Assembly: GCA_965287045.1 (NCBI GenBank)
Contig: OZ336879.1
Coordinates: 56,048,001-56,112,000, forward strand
DNA from: Carcharhinus amblyrhynchos
Lineage: Eukaryota
DNA length: 64,000 bases
Reading direction: 5' to 3'
Under the pieces are notes generated by a model. It was not told the origin of the DNA. It did not search any database and was given only the letters and a program-made list of their open reading frames with translations. This document shows positions 36,860 to 49,288 of the stretch, one piece after another. Every line of letters starts with the position of its first letter. Position 1 is the stretch's first letter. Made by a program: the position numbers and the translations under genes.

Positions 36860-37410
36860 TGAGTCAGCCCAACACTGTGAAATCTGGCCCAGTGTTTTTG
36901 ATTCTAAAGTGCAAATAGTTAATATGAATTGTGCAAAGCAGTGGTCCCAGCACTGATCCTGATGGAAGCACTTCTCACCTCTGCTGCTCTGAATAACTGC
37001 CCTGTGCTTCCACTCTATGCTTTCTGTTTTCAAGCCAGCTAGCAATCCATTCTGTCACTTGTCCCCTGACTCCACAATCTTAACCTTTTTCATTAGTCTA
37101 TTACCAGGCACTTTATTGACGGCCTTTTGAAAGTCCTTATCGTCTACTGTATGCCCATTGACTTCAATCTTTGTAACCTCCACAGAACAATCAATAAGGT
37201 TGGTCAAGCAAAAATTTTCCTTTTGAGACCCATGCTGCCTATACATTATTATTTATTTAGTTGCCAGTAGTTTCTCCATTCTTCAGTAAGATCTCCAATA
37301 TTTTCTTCAACCACTAATGATAAGCTATCTAGCCTATAATTTCTTGGATATATCCTGCTCCCCCTCCTTGAACACAAGAATTATATTAAGTATCTACCAT
37401 TCTTTTGACA
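36860..37410 (-). mobile_element. CR1 RT fragment
   Basis: RQHGSQKENFCLTNLIDCSVEVTK...DFQKAVNKVP (CR1 QHGF..SCLTNLLEF..DFQKAFDKVP). Confidence 0.8.
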
Positions 37411-39216
37411 TTACGGCCAGGGTGTTTATGATTGTGGGGTTTCTCTTCCTGCCACCCAAAGTATTGGCGGGGACCACATCCCCACCAACACTGTCCCACA
37501 GTGATTTCACACTCCAGTGAGCATTTATTGGCTGGAGACAGGACTTCCGCTCTTCACTCAGGAGGCAGTCCTCCCTCAGAGAGCTGATGTTCAGTCTGAT
37601 TATCTGGCAGCTCTTTAGTCTGAACAGCACCACAAGTTGCAGTAGGCAGGATTCTAATCAGTCCTCACAGCCTAAGTTTCGGGATTCCAGGTACAGGTAA
37701 GTTTTGGAGTCGGAGTGAGGATAGTAGAGGAGGCAGAGGTGGATTGGGGTGTTGGTGGAGAGGCTGAGGTGGCAGAAACATTACTGGACCTGAGGGACAA
37801 GGCACACTATATTAAAAGTGGGCTGCTAATGGAGGAAGTGCCACATCCCTCCTTTCTGCCCAAGGCCAGAATCTGATTTATGAATGGATCTCCTCCATAC
37901 ATGGGAACTCCACCCATCAGCCTGAACATTGTGGCTTGGTAAGAAGCAGCCCTTAAATGGTCAGTTATTGGCCACTTAAGGCCCTCAAATGGGGCAAGGA
38001 CAGGCAAGCCAGCCAAGGCCTCACCCACCCTAGCATTAAATTGCAGAAAGGTCGGGGCACTTGGGAACCAAATGGGAAGGCCATCCAGGGAACTGTATGC
38101 CCACCCCTCTCCACTCAAACAAAACCTGCCAGTGGGGAAATGTAAAATTCTGTCCTGCACTGTGAATTACTAACTGTGTATAATATTATCTCTTCTGTCT
38201 CATCTCTTTGTTCCTTTAAAATGCATAGATGCAACCCATTTGGATCAGGCCTTTTACCCACTCTGAATTTGTTTATTTAACTTTGAATACACTTATTTCA
38301 TTGATCATCTCACCACTCCAAGTCATGTTTACCTGTGCCATCTCCGTGTTAAATCCAGAAGTGAAATCATGATTTAATATTGCTGCCATCTGTCTGTTAT
38401 TAACTGTAGTATTATCCTATCTATTCCTCAATAGTTCTATTCCCACCACAGTTCATCTTTTTTATTGATCAATCTGTATTGCTTTATATTTCTTTGCAAC
38501 TTAATTTCATAGTTTCTCTTTGCCTTTCCAGCTTATTTCACTGCTCTCTTTATCTCTTCATATCCTCTCATATCTTGCCACGCTGCTTTCTATGTACTCA
38601 ATGTCTGCCTTTTGCCTTGCTCTCAATTGTTTCCTTATGTCATCATTCATCCATTAATCTCATTAGTGTTTCAGTTGTCTTTTCTTTTTGTGGAATATAT
38701 TTTCCCTACACTCTTGATAACAATTTAAGTATTTTGCATTGATTTTCTGCATCACTGTTTGCTGATATTGTTCCCTGTTTTCTTTGCACAAGTCCTATTC
38801 CATACCCCATGAAATCAACTTTCTCATTATTATCTTTGCTTTCATGAGCTTAGATCCTTCTCTTTTATCATCTTCAAGCATATTGCATTATGGTCACTAT
38901 TGCTTAGATATATTTTATGTACTTTTATTTCTCTTGACTGTCCTCATTCATTTTACATTACTAGGTTCAGTAACAACTTCACTTAGCTTTTTACTGATTG
39001 GGTTAGAAAGGATACAAGAATATCTGTTTGGCTATGGGACAAGGGCGAAAGGATGCAGATTTAAAGGTATGGGCAAGACACACAGTGGAAATATGATTAA
39101 GAAGATATTTTTGTGTGCAGCAAGGAGTAATGGCCCACAACTCACTGCCCATGCAGCTAGTTTGAAATTATCCCAAAAAGAAATTCAGTCAGTACTGGAG
39201 GGAAATAAATTCAATA

Positions 39217-39421
39217 TAACCAAGGCTATCAGTGAGTTCCCCACCCCATCCATAGACCCTGACCCCCAGCATCACCTGCGGATGGTAAATGAGCTGGCAA
39301 AGTTTTTTTTACCAAATTTGGTACAGGTCAAAGAACACTTGAGGCATCTGCTTGAAAAAGGCAAAACGTGGTGTTGAGGCTCCCAGCTAAAGCAAGCATT
39401 GACTCACACCAAAGCAATGCT
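39217..39421 (+). mobile_element. Gypsy/Ty3 LTR-retrotransposon pol relic (RT to RNase H connection)
   Basis: KAISEFPTP...LRMVNELAKFFLPNLVQVKEHLRHLLEKGKTWC*GSQLKQALTHTKAML resembles the AI..P.P..FLGMVNYL.KF.P.L...PLR.LL.K...W.W....AF..K motif. Confidence 0.7.
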
Positions 39422-39503
39422 ATAATAAAAGTAAATTACTGCAGATGCTGGAATCTGAAACAAAAACAGAAAATGCTGGAAAATCTCAGCAGGTCTGACA
39501 GCA
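39421..39503 (-). mobile_element. Penelope family-B terminal fragment
   Basis: actgcagatgctggaatctgaaacaaaaacagaaaatgctggaaaatctcagcaggtctgacagcat. Confidence 0.75.
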
Positions 39504-39811
39504 TGATCACTTAAAGAGCAGTCACATGATTTTGATAGTGATGTCATTCGAGTGTTTCAGAGGCTCCTGCTTTTAGTTTAAGTTTGTACTCTGAACAGAC
39601 AAGAGCACCTGGAGTAAATCTGTTGTTGTTAGTTTGAATCTTCATGAGCAAGCCACATCTTTCTCTTCTTGTGTAAAGCCTACAATCCTGAACGTGGTTA
39701 GGATATTACAGGCATAGGCTGGGATGCCAATCAGCCACCCACTCCATGGAGGTTGGTGATCAATCTAAATCATTCAGGTTTCAATTAGGCATGATGTTGT
39801 ATGATGTAGAG

Positions 39812-40124
39812 TGGCACAGTAGCACAGTGGTTAGCACTGCTGCCTCATAGTGCCAGGGAACCGGGTTCAATTCCTGACTTGGAGTTTGCACATTCTCCCC
39901 GTGTCCATGTGGAGTTTGCACATTCTCCCTGTGTCTGCATGGATTTCCTCTGGGTGCTCCGTTTTCCTCCCATTATCCAAAGACGTGGTGGTTAGGTGGA
40001 TTGGCTATGGTAAACTCTCCCTCCATCTACCCGAACAGGTGCCCGAGTAAGGTAGCCGGGGATTTTCACAGTAACTTCACTGAAGCCTTAATATAAGCCT
40101 ACTTGTGACTAATAAATAAACTTT
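39812..40124 (+). mobile_element. V-SINE, tail-B subfamily, with a 30-bp internal tandem duplication
   Basis: tggagtttgcacattctccc(c/t)gtgtc repeated at 39880 and 39910; tail ttttcacagta...cctacttgtgactaataaataaacttt. Confidence 0.9.
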
Positions 40125-40233
40125 AATTTTATTTTTGGGGAGCAGTCTGCTATTTTGCAGGTGGTGGAGCAGCCCCCTACTTCATGGGGAGGTCATCAGC
40201 TTAATAGAAACAGCCTTCCTGTGGCACTCCAAG

Positions 40234-40338
40234 GTAAAAAGTCTGACAACACCAGGTTTTAGTCCAACCTATTTATTTGATAATATACTCGCAAGCTTTC
40301 GAGGGGACTGCCTCTTCGTCAGGTGAATGGAGAGTTCT
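40234..40338 (-). mobile_element. Solo Penelope pLTR (family A) with intact hammerhead core
   Basis: Minus strand tcac-CTGACGA-A-GAGG-cagtcc-CCTC-GAAA-GCTT-gcga, then tcaaataaataggttggactaaaacctggtgttgtcagactttttac. Confidence 0.85.
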
Positions 40339-40899
40339 CTGTGCCATTGGAGAGGGAAGCAAAATGTTCCATCAACCAGGCTGAACATCAATAATTCACC
40401 TGGAGTGATTTCCCCACTGATCCAAAGGATCCACCTCCCCAACTCTAAAATATCAAATTATTTTTTCCTGTGTCTTAGTAAATCCCACCTCTCCTGATTG
40501 TTCAGAGTACAAACTGAAACTAAAAGCAGGAGCTTCTGAAACACCCTGATGGAGCTGGCGAGGCTTTACAGTTGCTAGCCCTGTGAATAGGCTAGCAGGT
40601 TCAGAAGCCCATCTGTCATTCTTAATATGATGGCAAGCTTAGTGGCCAACGGGCAATAACTCTGACTTTAAATGCTCAGAAAAAAACATGCATTCATGTG
40701 GCCTTTTTTATGACCACTGTTCATATCAAAGTCAATGCAATACTTTTTGAATCGTTTTGGCGTAGGAAACGTGGTGCTGCATATATGCACATGAAATCCT
40801 CACAAACATCAATGTGATATTGGCCAGATAATTAACTGTTTACCAAATAATGAGGCATCTTGTTCAATTCAGGAACCAAAAGGAACACTCTGCTTTAAA

Positions 40900-41320
40900 A
40901 CAGACATGGGAGGGGGAAGAAAAGTACTTGTAATGAGACCATGTTGAGAGGTGAAAGTTATGATGGAAGGTGATCTGTAGGATGACTGGCTTGTTTATTG
41001 AAGGTGAGGATATTACCACAGTCATGGGGTAGAATGAGAAAGGGTATCCATGTGCGAGTGTAACTGACCCAGGGCTGGGCTCCATGTTCCACTATGAAAT
41101 CCTCACCTGAGCAAAATTAAGACATTTTGGAAGGTGCCATTATCAGGTGCCATTTGGGTTTCAAACAGAGGCATTGATAAATCCTCACAACAGAGTGGCA
41201 AGAAATATAATTCAGATCAATGTAGGGATCGGTAGGCTCATTGCAGATGTCAGTGGAAAGCCCATTTCTGAAACAGAGATAGAAGAACAGAAAAAGGAAA
41301 TCAAAGATGGACCTTAATGG
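40900..41320 (-). mobile_element. Ancient Penelope-like RT relic
   Basis: GLSTDICNEPTDPYIDLNYISCH resembles the thumb motif HLSTSLYRKPTDNLTMLHFSSFHP of the young element. Confidence 0.45.
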
Positions 41321-41900
41321 AGTGATAATAATCCAGTCAACCAAACATAGTCAGCTTTTACGTACAGCAAGATCTTGTAAGAAACAAGATTGATTTAATT
41401 ATATTTTTTTTTCTAAGCAGTATTAGTTTAAAGCAGAAGTATTGGCCATGCTACAAAACAACACCTATGCTGATCACTGAATTAAAGCATAGGATTAGTG
41501 AAGTTTACCATTACTAGTTGGTTTTTAAGTTTCCGCCTGAAAACAGAAAAAAAGTGCAAATCTTGGTTTTCGTTTTACTCATACTTCTGAAAATATCGCA
41601 ATTAAGTTTTTCAAGGTAGTCATGTATGTTCAAGGCTTCAGAATGGCAGATGGGCCTCCTTTATTGGAACAAGGTTGGTGCTTTTTATCTGAAATTAATT
41701 TAGTTAGAGGTGCTTTGGATGATAGATAAATTGAAAATTTCTGAAGTTCTGAATAAGAACTGAAAATACTTTATCAACTAGAAACATTGGGTCAGAATTT
41801 TCCGTTTGAGGCAGGAGTTGGAAGTCGGGTCATTTCCCGACATTGTGATCCCAGGTCCTGAGAACCCACCACTCATATTTTCATCTTGCAAAGTAAAAGG

Positions 41901-42040
41901 CACTTTGACAAAGGATCGTCAGGACTCAAAACATTAGCTCTTTTCTCTCCTTACAGATGCTGAGACTTTCCAGCATTCTCTCTTTTGGTTTCAGATTCCA
42001 GATTCCAGATTCCAGCATCCACAGTAATTTGCTTTTATTA
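41901..42040 (+). mobile_element. Penelope family-B terminal repeat with decayed hammerhead
   Basis: ttgacaa-aggatcgtcaggactc-aaaac-att (decayed CTGACGA..GAAAC) followed by the family-B tail; flanking caaagtaaa at 41889 and 42041. Confidence 0.7.
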
Positions 42041-44419
42041 CAAAGTAAAGGTGAGCTAGATTTGGTGCCATCATCCCTTGAAGCAGGATGGAGGAAGAAA
42101 ATGAAACCAGTTGGTGCAGACAAGTTAGACTGTCTGCCTACATTAGCTTGTACATTGGCCCAGTTCTGAAGATGAATGTAAGGCTCTCAAACCCACACCC
42201 TCACTCTCATACTCCCCCATCTCTTCATGTCCCCCATATCCTAATGCCCCCATATCCACTCCATACCCTTCATTTCTCCCTCATCCTCAGATCCAGTCAC
42301 CAACCCCACGTTCTCTAAATCCCCCCCATGCCCACAGACCTAGTATCTACTATGTACAGAATCTTGTGACACACTGGGGAATCTTTGAGATGCTCATAAA
42401 ACTGTCAAAATAAACAACCATTCAAAAATTGCTTCAAAAAACATAATCCTATTATTTGGTCAAAAAGTTGGCAAGCTAAATGAATTCTCATTGACTAAAT
42501 TTTCCAACTCAGCAGCTCCACCGTTAAAGGGCCCCGTTCCACCCCAGGTTCATTTCTGAAAGTAGAAGCAGGATAAAGTTGATCCCATTAACTCTGGAAG
42601 TAAATCGTATGTGGTCACCGAGGTGGGCGAGTGCTGTGCTTGGTTATTTAGAAGGTCCACCTTGGTTCTCTCAGTTGTTTCAAAGGCTGATAAACCATTT
42701 AATCCTCACACCGCCTCACACTCCATCCATTCCCATGTCCCTCATAAATCCCATATCACTTCTATGCCAACTCCTGCCCTGCTCTCACCCTCCTTGCACC
42801 TTCATATGTCCATGATGTGTCAACCCTCCAACCACCATCCCCATGCCTTCAAATACCTCTAATACAGCCCACATAGCCATTCATCCAGTATCCACCAGGG
42901 TTAGATCTTAAGAACAATGTTTAGATTAAAAGAAAACATTTCATAACACATGAACCTCTCACTTGTGCACAGTCAATATACAAAGTGCTTCCTTTCATGA
43001 AAGCATTTCAGAGGTTTTTAAATTCTTACGTGGTTAATCTGTTATAAAACAAACACACTTCCATTCAGTAGCCACATCAAACTTAGCAAATCCTTTAACG
43101 TTCTCTTTAAACTGTCAATAAAACTGTGAACCCACTGCTGAAAATATGGTTTTTCAGTTTTGAATGTCGGCCAGGCTTTCATAATGATATAATAGCAACC
43201 CTTGAGAAATGATGACAAGAACTCTGCTGAAGCAATGCAACAGATGGTCATATTATTTTTCACCGACACTAGATGCCCTGTCAATCACTTCAGTCCAATA
43301 ATAATTGTTTATTTTAACTCTCATTGACCGCTAAAATACGAGTTTTTAAAGTTAATAGAGCAGAGGATTTAAAAAGTTTTAGATCATAATACTTAAACAG
43401 ACCTTATCTGCCTTCACAAGCATTTACATCTGCTCTATCAATTTCTGACTTTTAAGTGGCAGGTTAAGGTCCTTGGAACTGTAGTTCTGTATACTGGGCA
43501 CATAGGCACGTGGTGTATCGACATTATGGGTGTAGGTGACTGGGCATGAAGGTGAGGCAGCAAAGCAAGGTTTGGAACAGATGTGGGGCCATGGAGTCTG
43601 TTTGAACTCAGTACGAAGTTCAAATAGCCTAACGAGTTTGGGTTTTTCACTTGTGTGAATCACACCCAGTTCCCTTTACCTTGCCAACCAAAAATGGATC
43701 TGTTGAAAATCAGGGAGTGACATTAAGTCCAAGTCCCACCTACCATTTCTAAAGGTCAGATGGGATTTCCTGACTTTGCAAAAATCCTGCCCTCAGATCC
43801 CCCGAACAGCAGTATCAACAACCTCTGCTGAACTAAATTCATTGGTAGATTTTGGAACTCCATCAAGCATTCATAATGAGACAACTGCACAAAAAAGCCT
43901 TCCTGAGCTTAATACATTATAACCTTTGAAGTCATTGAAAGAGCTCAGCCGTTTGTTCAAGATTTGAAATGTTTTGTTGAATGACAGCTTATGTCTGAGC
44001 TGTCATTCAATAAAAAAATTATATCATGGGATAATTGACATAGTCAAATCTGTATATTACTATTTTTCAATGCAGTGAGCACGTTATTCACTGGATAATG
44101 TAATCTAATGCATCTGAAAACTTCTCCACTTTCACAATGCTGGTCAATTTAATGGTCGCTTCCCATTAAAGAACAATGGTTTTCATCAATCCCTGCACTA
44201 AGACATATTTAACTTATCATACAGACTTATATCATGACATGTAACATTATCAACACCTTTTATATTACTTGTCAAAAGATTCCTGCCTCCAAAACAGATG
44301 TTCCCATGGTTCCTGACACCTCTGAATCCATGATAGGAATGGCAAGTAGAAGACACACATGTTTTTTTGCCATCGACCAATGTGGGTTTGGCTCATGTGT
44401 GAACAGAAGAATGTGGCCC

Positions 44420-44515
44420 CGTTGACTCTCTCCACAGATACCGCAAAGTTTGCTGAATATTTCCAGCATTTTAAGTTTGTAGTTCAGATTTCCAGCATTC
44501 ACAGTATTTTGTTTT
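44420..44515 (+). mobile_element. Penelope family-B terminal fragment
   Basis: ctctccacagata...tgctgaatatttccagcat...cagatttccagcattcacagtattttg. Confidence 0.65.
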
Positions 44516-45994
44516 TGGACTTGGTATCTTGTTTGATAACAGATTTTATTTCATGATAATCCCATGGTGCATCATGAGATTAAAAATAATATATAAGTGC
44601 AAGTTATTGTTCTTGTCATTAAGTCAAATGTCCAAAACCATGGGATCTATAATTATGGTACTCAATCATCCCCTCATGTGATGATTTTCATAGACTTTGG
44701 CAGGAATTTTCCGACCTCTCACATGGCTGGGATCATCCAGTCCCACTGCTGTGAGCAGAGATTTGGTTGAGCACTAAATTCTCTGTTCTCGCTGGCAGCA
44801 GTAGCGGGGAGTCCAAAACCAAAGAATTTGTGTTTAAATGCACTATTTACAGTATTGTTCAGCTGACCATCTTTATTTGACAGACTGAATTTCAAGGGAA
44901 AATAGGAAATATTGTTCATTGGATAGTTTAACTATATTCCCAGTGTGCATAACAATGAACTCCATAAACTAGCACGAATGTAATTTCTGCAAGACTGGAT
45001 TACATAATGTATAATCACGAACTGTTGTTACTGAGAATCAAGATTCCTTGAAAAGAAATATTCTGTCTTAACATCAGCCAGGAGAATACAAAAAGCCTTG
45101 GCAGACTGCTTTATTTGGTTAATCCATTTCAAACTATCTCTCGGTTTCAAGTATTGCTAAGTGCTGCTCAACACGTTACCCGTGCAGTTTATTTCTAAGA
45201 ATAAATTAATCTCTTTCACAGATTAACATGTTATGAACAATGTTAAGCTGGTTATTTTAATCATTTACAGTAACACATGATATTCTGTAATTCAGTCATT
45301 ATCTTAACTTTAAAATGGCCAGATTATCAACCCCAAGAGATTCATGCATTGTTTAAAATTGTAACTTCCGTCTTATTATGAATAGGATCTTACTTATGGA
45401 AGTAGCAAAGGACCATAAACACAAACAATAACAACTGGGGTTGTCAAACCATACTTAAATCCTAGGGTTGGATTTTAATTCAGAACCTTTTAACTTTGCA
45501 TATATGCATTATTTCGATGTTGTTTAGGAATGTTTTAATTTGACAGAATGGCCTGAATTTTCAAACCAAAGTGGAGGTGGTAATGGAGGTGGACAATTTC
45601 CCACCACTGACCAATGTGCCGGTTTGCCAGGACCTCAGGGCCATTTTGGAACATGCTGGTTTGAGAGTCAATCTGCTATGTGGCTGCAGAGTGCAGGTTG
45701 CCAATTAGGCCGACACACAGGCTTATTAAGGCAGTTCTGCTACAGCTATCGGGAATTTTCCAGTTCTGCCTCCATGCTGGCCAAACAGGACTGATGAAAG
45801 GAAGCAGTGAGACTGTGAGGACAGTGCTCTATATAGTTTGTTAGCCACCTTTGCCACACCTAATATATAGCCACTGCTGCAACCACAGGTTACCCTTTTC
45901 CTTCACCTTCATCTTCACCCTCCACTCTGCACTCTTGCAGCTGTGGTCCATTTTAACATAAGAACTTTTGAAAGTTGTTGAGAGGGCATCCCTA

Positions 45995-46330
45995 TCCCCA
46001 TTCATTATTGGGATGTGGGCATCACTGACCAAGCCAATATTCATTTCCAATCCCTGTTTGCCATTGAGGCAGTGGTAAGCTGCCTTCTTAGAATGCTTTG
46101 GTTTGTGTGTTATAGGTCCAGCCATAGTGCAATTAGGGAATGAATTCAGGATTTTCACCCAGATACAGTGAACAACGGTGATATTTTCCAGGTCAAGATG
46201 TGAGTGGCTTGGAGGGGAACTTGAAGATGGTGGTGTTCCCATGTGAATGCTGCTCTTGTCCGTCTAGATGATGGGTGGCCATGCGTTTTGAAGGTCCTGT
46301 CGAAGGAGCTTGGGTGAATTCCTGGTGCAT
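45995..46330 (-). mobile_element. CR1/L2-group LINE 3' end
   Basis: gggatgtgggcatcactgaccaagcc...gctgccttcttagaa...ggaggggaacttgaagatggtggtgttcccatg. Confidence 0.75.
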
Positions 46331-47356
46331 TCCTCTCACATTTTTATCTATATCAGCAGCTCTCCGCTTTGATGGTAACCCTGCTACTCTTTCAGGCTTC
46401 CTTTTTTGCTCTCCAGGAATCCACTCGCCAGCTTTAATTGGACTGGTGCGAGCTCACCTTCTCACCACCCATTTGTTGGAATTCACAAATGGCAATGGGC
46501 ATGTCACATTAATGTTGTTCAAGGTTGATACCCAAAAATAATCCTGATGTTGGGGTCCCTACTACAAAATAAAAATACATCCCTTTTGTCTGGGATTATC
46601 ACCTAGTATGTGCAGGCACAAAATACAACCCAATAAACATACTGAAAGCACATTGCTTTCAAAACCTTTTGATTGGACAAACAGAATTCAGGAAAAAAAT
46701 AGTTTCATTTATATTTAATTCCTTTACCATTTACTTCAAATGCTTTTTCTCTCCTCTACATTTGTAAGAGCAAATTATGTCAGATACAGTAGGGAACTGC
46801 TAAACCTGGAGGTAGAAGGATAGGGGGTTGTTTTTTCTGTTAAGAGATTTACTGACGCTTTGGTCAGATAGTGAAATCCCATCAGTTTATGGGTCTGACA
46901 TGCAGTCATGTGTGAGATGAGTTTGTCAGAAGTGTGAACCAGGAGCTCAGTGGAAAAGCATTGTAACATTGAACAGGCAGCCTTGGAGGCCAGGGAATTC
47001 AAGCCTTTGCCTGATTGCACTCGAAGTCTGTTAATTTCAGGGACAATGTGTCGCGTTTAAAAGAAAAGAAAGGATTGTAGGAGAGACATTAATTTCATAC
47101 CTGTATAGTTGCAGGTTCAATCTCAAAATGTAGGCTGCCTCTTAGCATGAGCAAAAGGTTTGAGTTCCATTTGACCATTACTTCTGTGGCTGATTTGTAA
47201 ACAGGGAACAAGGGAAGGCCAAGACGATTATGTTAGCCAGAATTGCACTACTGACTTAATGCTCCACAATTACCGCACCCCACCTTATCCACTTTGTGTG
47301 ATACTGCTTTGAAGGTGACTTGTTATGCTTTAAAGTATTGAATGTGTAGGACATAA

Positions 47357-47473
47357 AGGCTGAAATTCTCCAGCTATTCATGCTGGGAGGATTCTCCGGT
47401 CCCGCCAGCAGCACACACTCGCCTGCGGGTGACATCAAGGGAATTCTGGCTGAGGGCCGAAGAATCTCACCCA
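47357..47473. mobile_element. MITE
   Basis: ggctgaaattctcc / gaagaatctcaccc termini. Confidence 0.5.
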
Positions 47474-48439
47474 CAGAATCCAGACTTGAATCATTTGGGA
47501 TAATACTGAGTTTGAGTGGTATTGCAAAATGTGTCAAGAGACAGAGTCGATAGAATGTGAGTCAATAGACCATTTTACATCTCGCATGGTTTTTATCTCC
47601 ATTGAAGACAATGCAAATAAATCATGGAACCAATGTAAAATGGATTGCCAATTTGATAACCTATTTTCACAAAGATGCAAAATTAAAAGTACCCCTGCAG
47701 ATTTTTACAGTACAAAGAAAACCACTCAGCTCAGTCATTTCAGTGCTGGCTATTTACCAGAATGACACAAAACTAATACCACTTTCCTATTTTCTCTGTA
47801 TAGTCATGTTTCATTACCTGTTTGAAATACTTTGCAAACTTTCCCTTACAAGATGCCATTGTCTCTGCAAGAACTAATCTCTGTGAAAAGCATTACATGC
47901 TCCAATAACTCTGTGAATAGAGATTTCTCCAAACTCTCTCCTCATTCTCTTGGTGGTAATTTTAAATTAATAACTTGTCACTGTTGCCTCAATTGTCTGC
48001 CCCTTTTCAATCAAACAAATATCTATGCCATTTTATGAATCTTTATCAAATCTCCTCTCACTTTTCGATTGGAAATAATCCCATTAACTCAAGGCTCTCT
48101 TTAAAAATAAAATTTCTCATCCTGGCATTATCCTTCTGTGTACTTTTATTTGCTGTAATGCCCTTTTTTTTAGGTTTCAATATGGATCACCTCTCATTCT
48201 TCAAAACTCTGCAGAACACAAGCCCATTTTCTGCAATCTGAGACACACTGAACAACACAAGACTCTTTTTACAAAAACAAACTTCCTTCTTTACTCTTGT
48301 ATACTATGCCATTATTGATAAAACTTAAATTTCTATGGACTTTGCTGATGGCTTCATCTCCCTGCGTTGATATTTTGAAGGAATTGTGCACTTGAACTAT
48401 TTGGTCTCTGTTCATTCACTTTTTGGTGTCCACGAAGAA

Positions 48440-48998
48440 GAATCATATAAATTCACAGCACAGAAGGAGGCCATTTTTCTTCATTATGTCCACACACCGG
48501 TTGGCAAGGAGCCACTCTCCAGTTCTTGGTCCATGTAGGTTATTGCATTTCCAGTGCTTATCTAGCTACTTCTTATGAGGTTATTACCTTAACCACCTTT
48601 TTAGGCAGTGAGTTCCAGATTCTCATCACACTGAATGGAAGTACTTACCTCAAATCCCATCTAAATCTTAAATCCAAAAAACTTCTCAGCTGAGGGGAAT
48701 AGTGCCTTTCTATCCATTCTGTTCAAACCCTCATAATATATACACTTCCATTAGGTCTCCCCTCAGTTTCCTCTGTTCTGAAGAAAACAATACTCACATA
48801 TCCAATCCTTCCTCATAACTTAAATAAATTCTCCAGTTCAGACAACATGCTCATAAATCTTCATTTTAATCTCTCCAGTGCAATCATATCTTTCCTATAG
48901 CATAGAACTGCACACAATACTTCAGTTGTGGCCTAACCAGTGCTTTATATGGTTCCGGTATAATCTCCACATTCTCATATCTATGCCTTAGCTAATAA
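48440..48998 (-). mobile_element. CR1 3' portion, left part of the Penelope host
   Basis: cacagcacagaaggaggccatt, gagttccagattctcatcac, agaactgcacacaatacttcagttgtggcctaacc; continues collinearly at 52798. Confidence 0.8.
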
Positions 48999-49055
48999 AG
49001 TAAAATGTCTGACAACACCAGGTTTAAGTCCAACCGATTTATTTGATAGTACACA

Positions 49056-49089
49056 CACTAGCTTTCAGGGTTAGTCCCTTTGTCAGGTG
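49056..49089 (-). ncRNA. Minimal type I hammerhead ribozyme motif (core G8 mutated)
   Basis: cac-CTGACAA-AGGG-actaa-CCCT-GAAA-GCTA-gtg. Confidence 0.7.
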
Positions 49090-49288
49090 AATGGAGAGTT
49101 ATGGCCTCAGACAGAGCATATAAAGCACAGACAGTTTACAGATTACTGATTAGAATGCGAATCTTTACACCTAACCTGCTGTTCCAGTCCTGAAGTGGCT
49201 GACAATGTGAGTGAAAGAAGCACTGATGTGTATTGTCTCCAGACAGTACAGTAAGTGAGGTTTTGCAAACCCAGGCAAGTCACGGGGG

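Noticed and set aside
38784-39377. 197-aa ORF with hydrophobic N-terminus as a membrane protein
   Set aside because: Chance read-through of antisense CR1 (T-rich), a sense CR1 3' relic and a Gypsy pol relic
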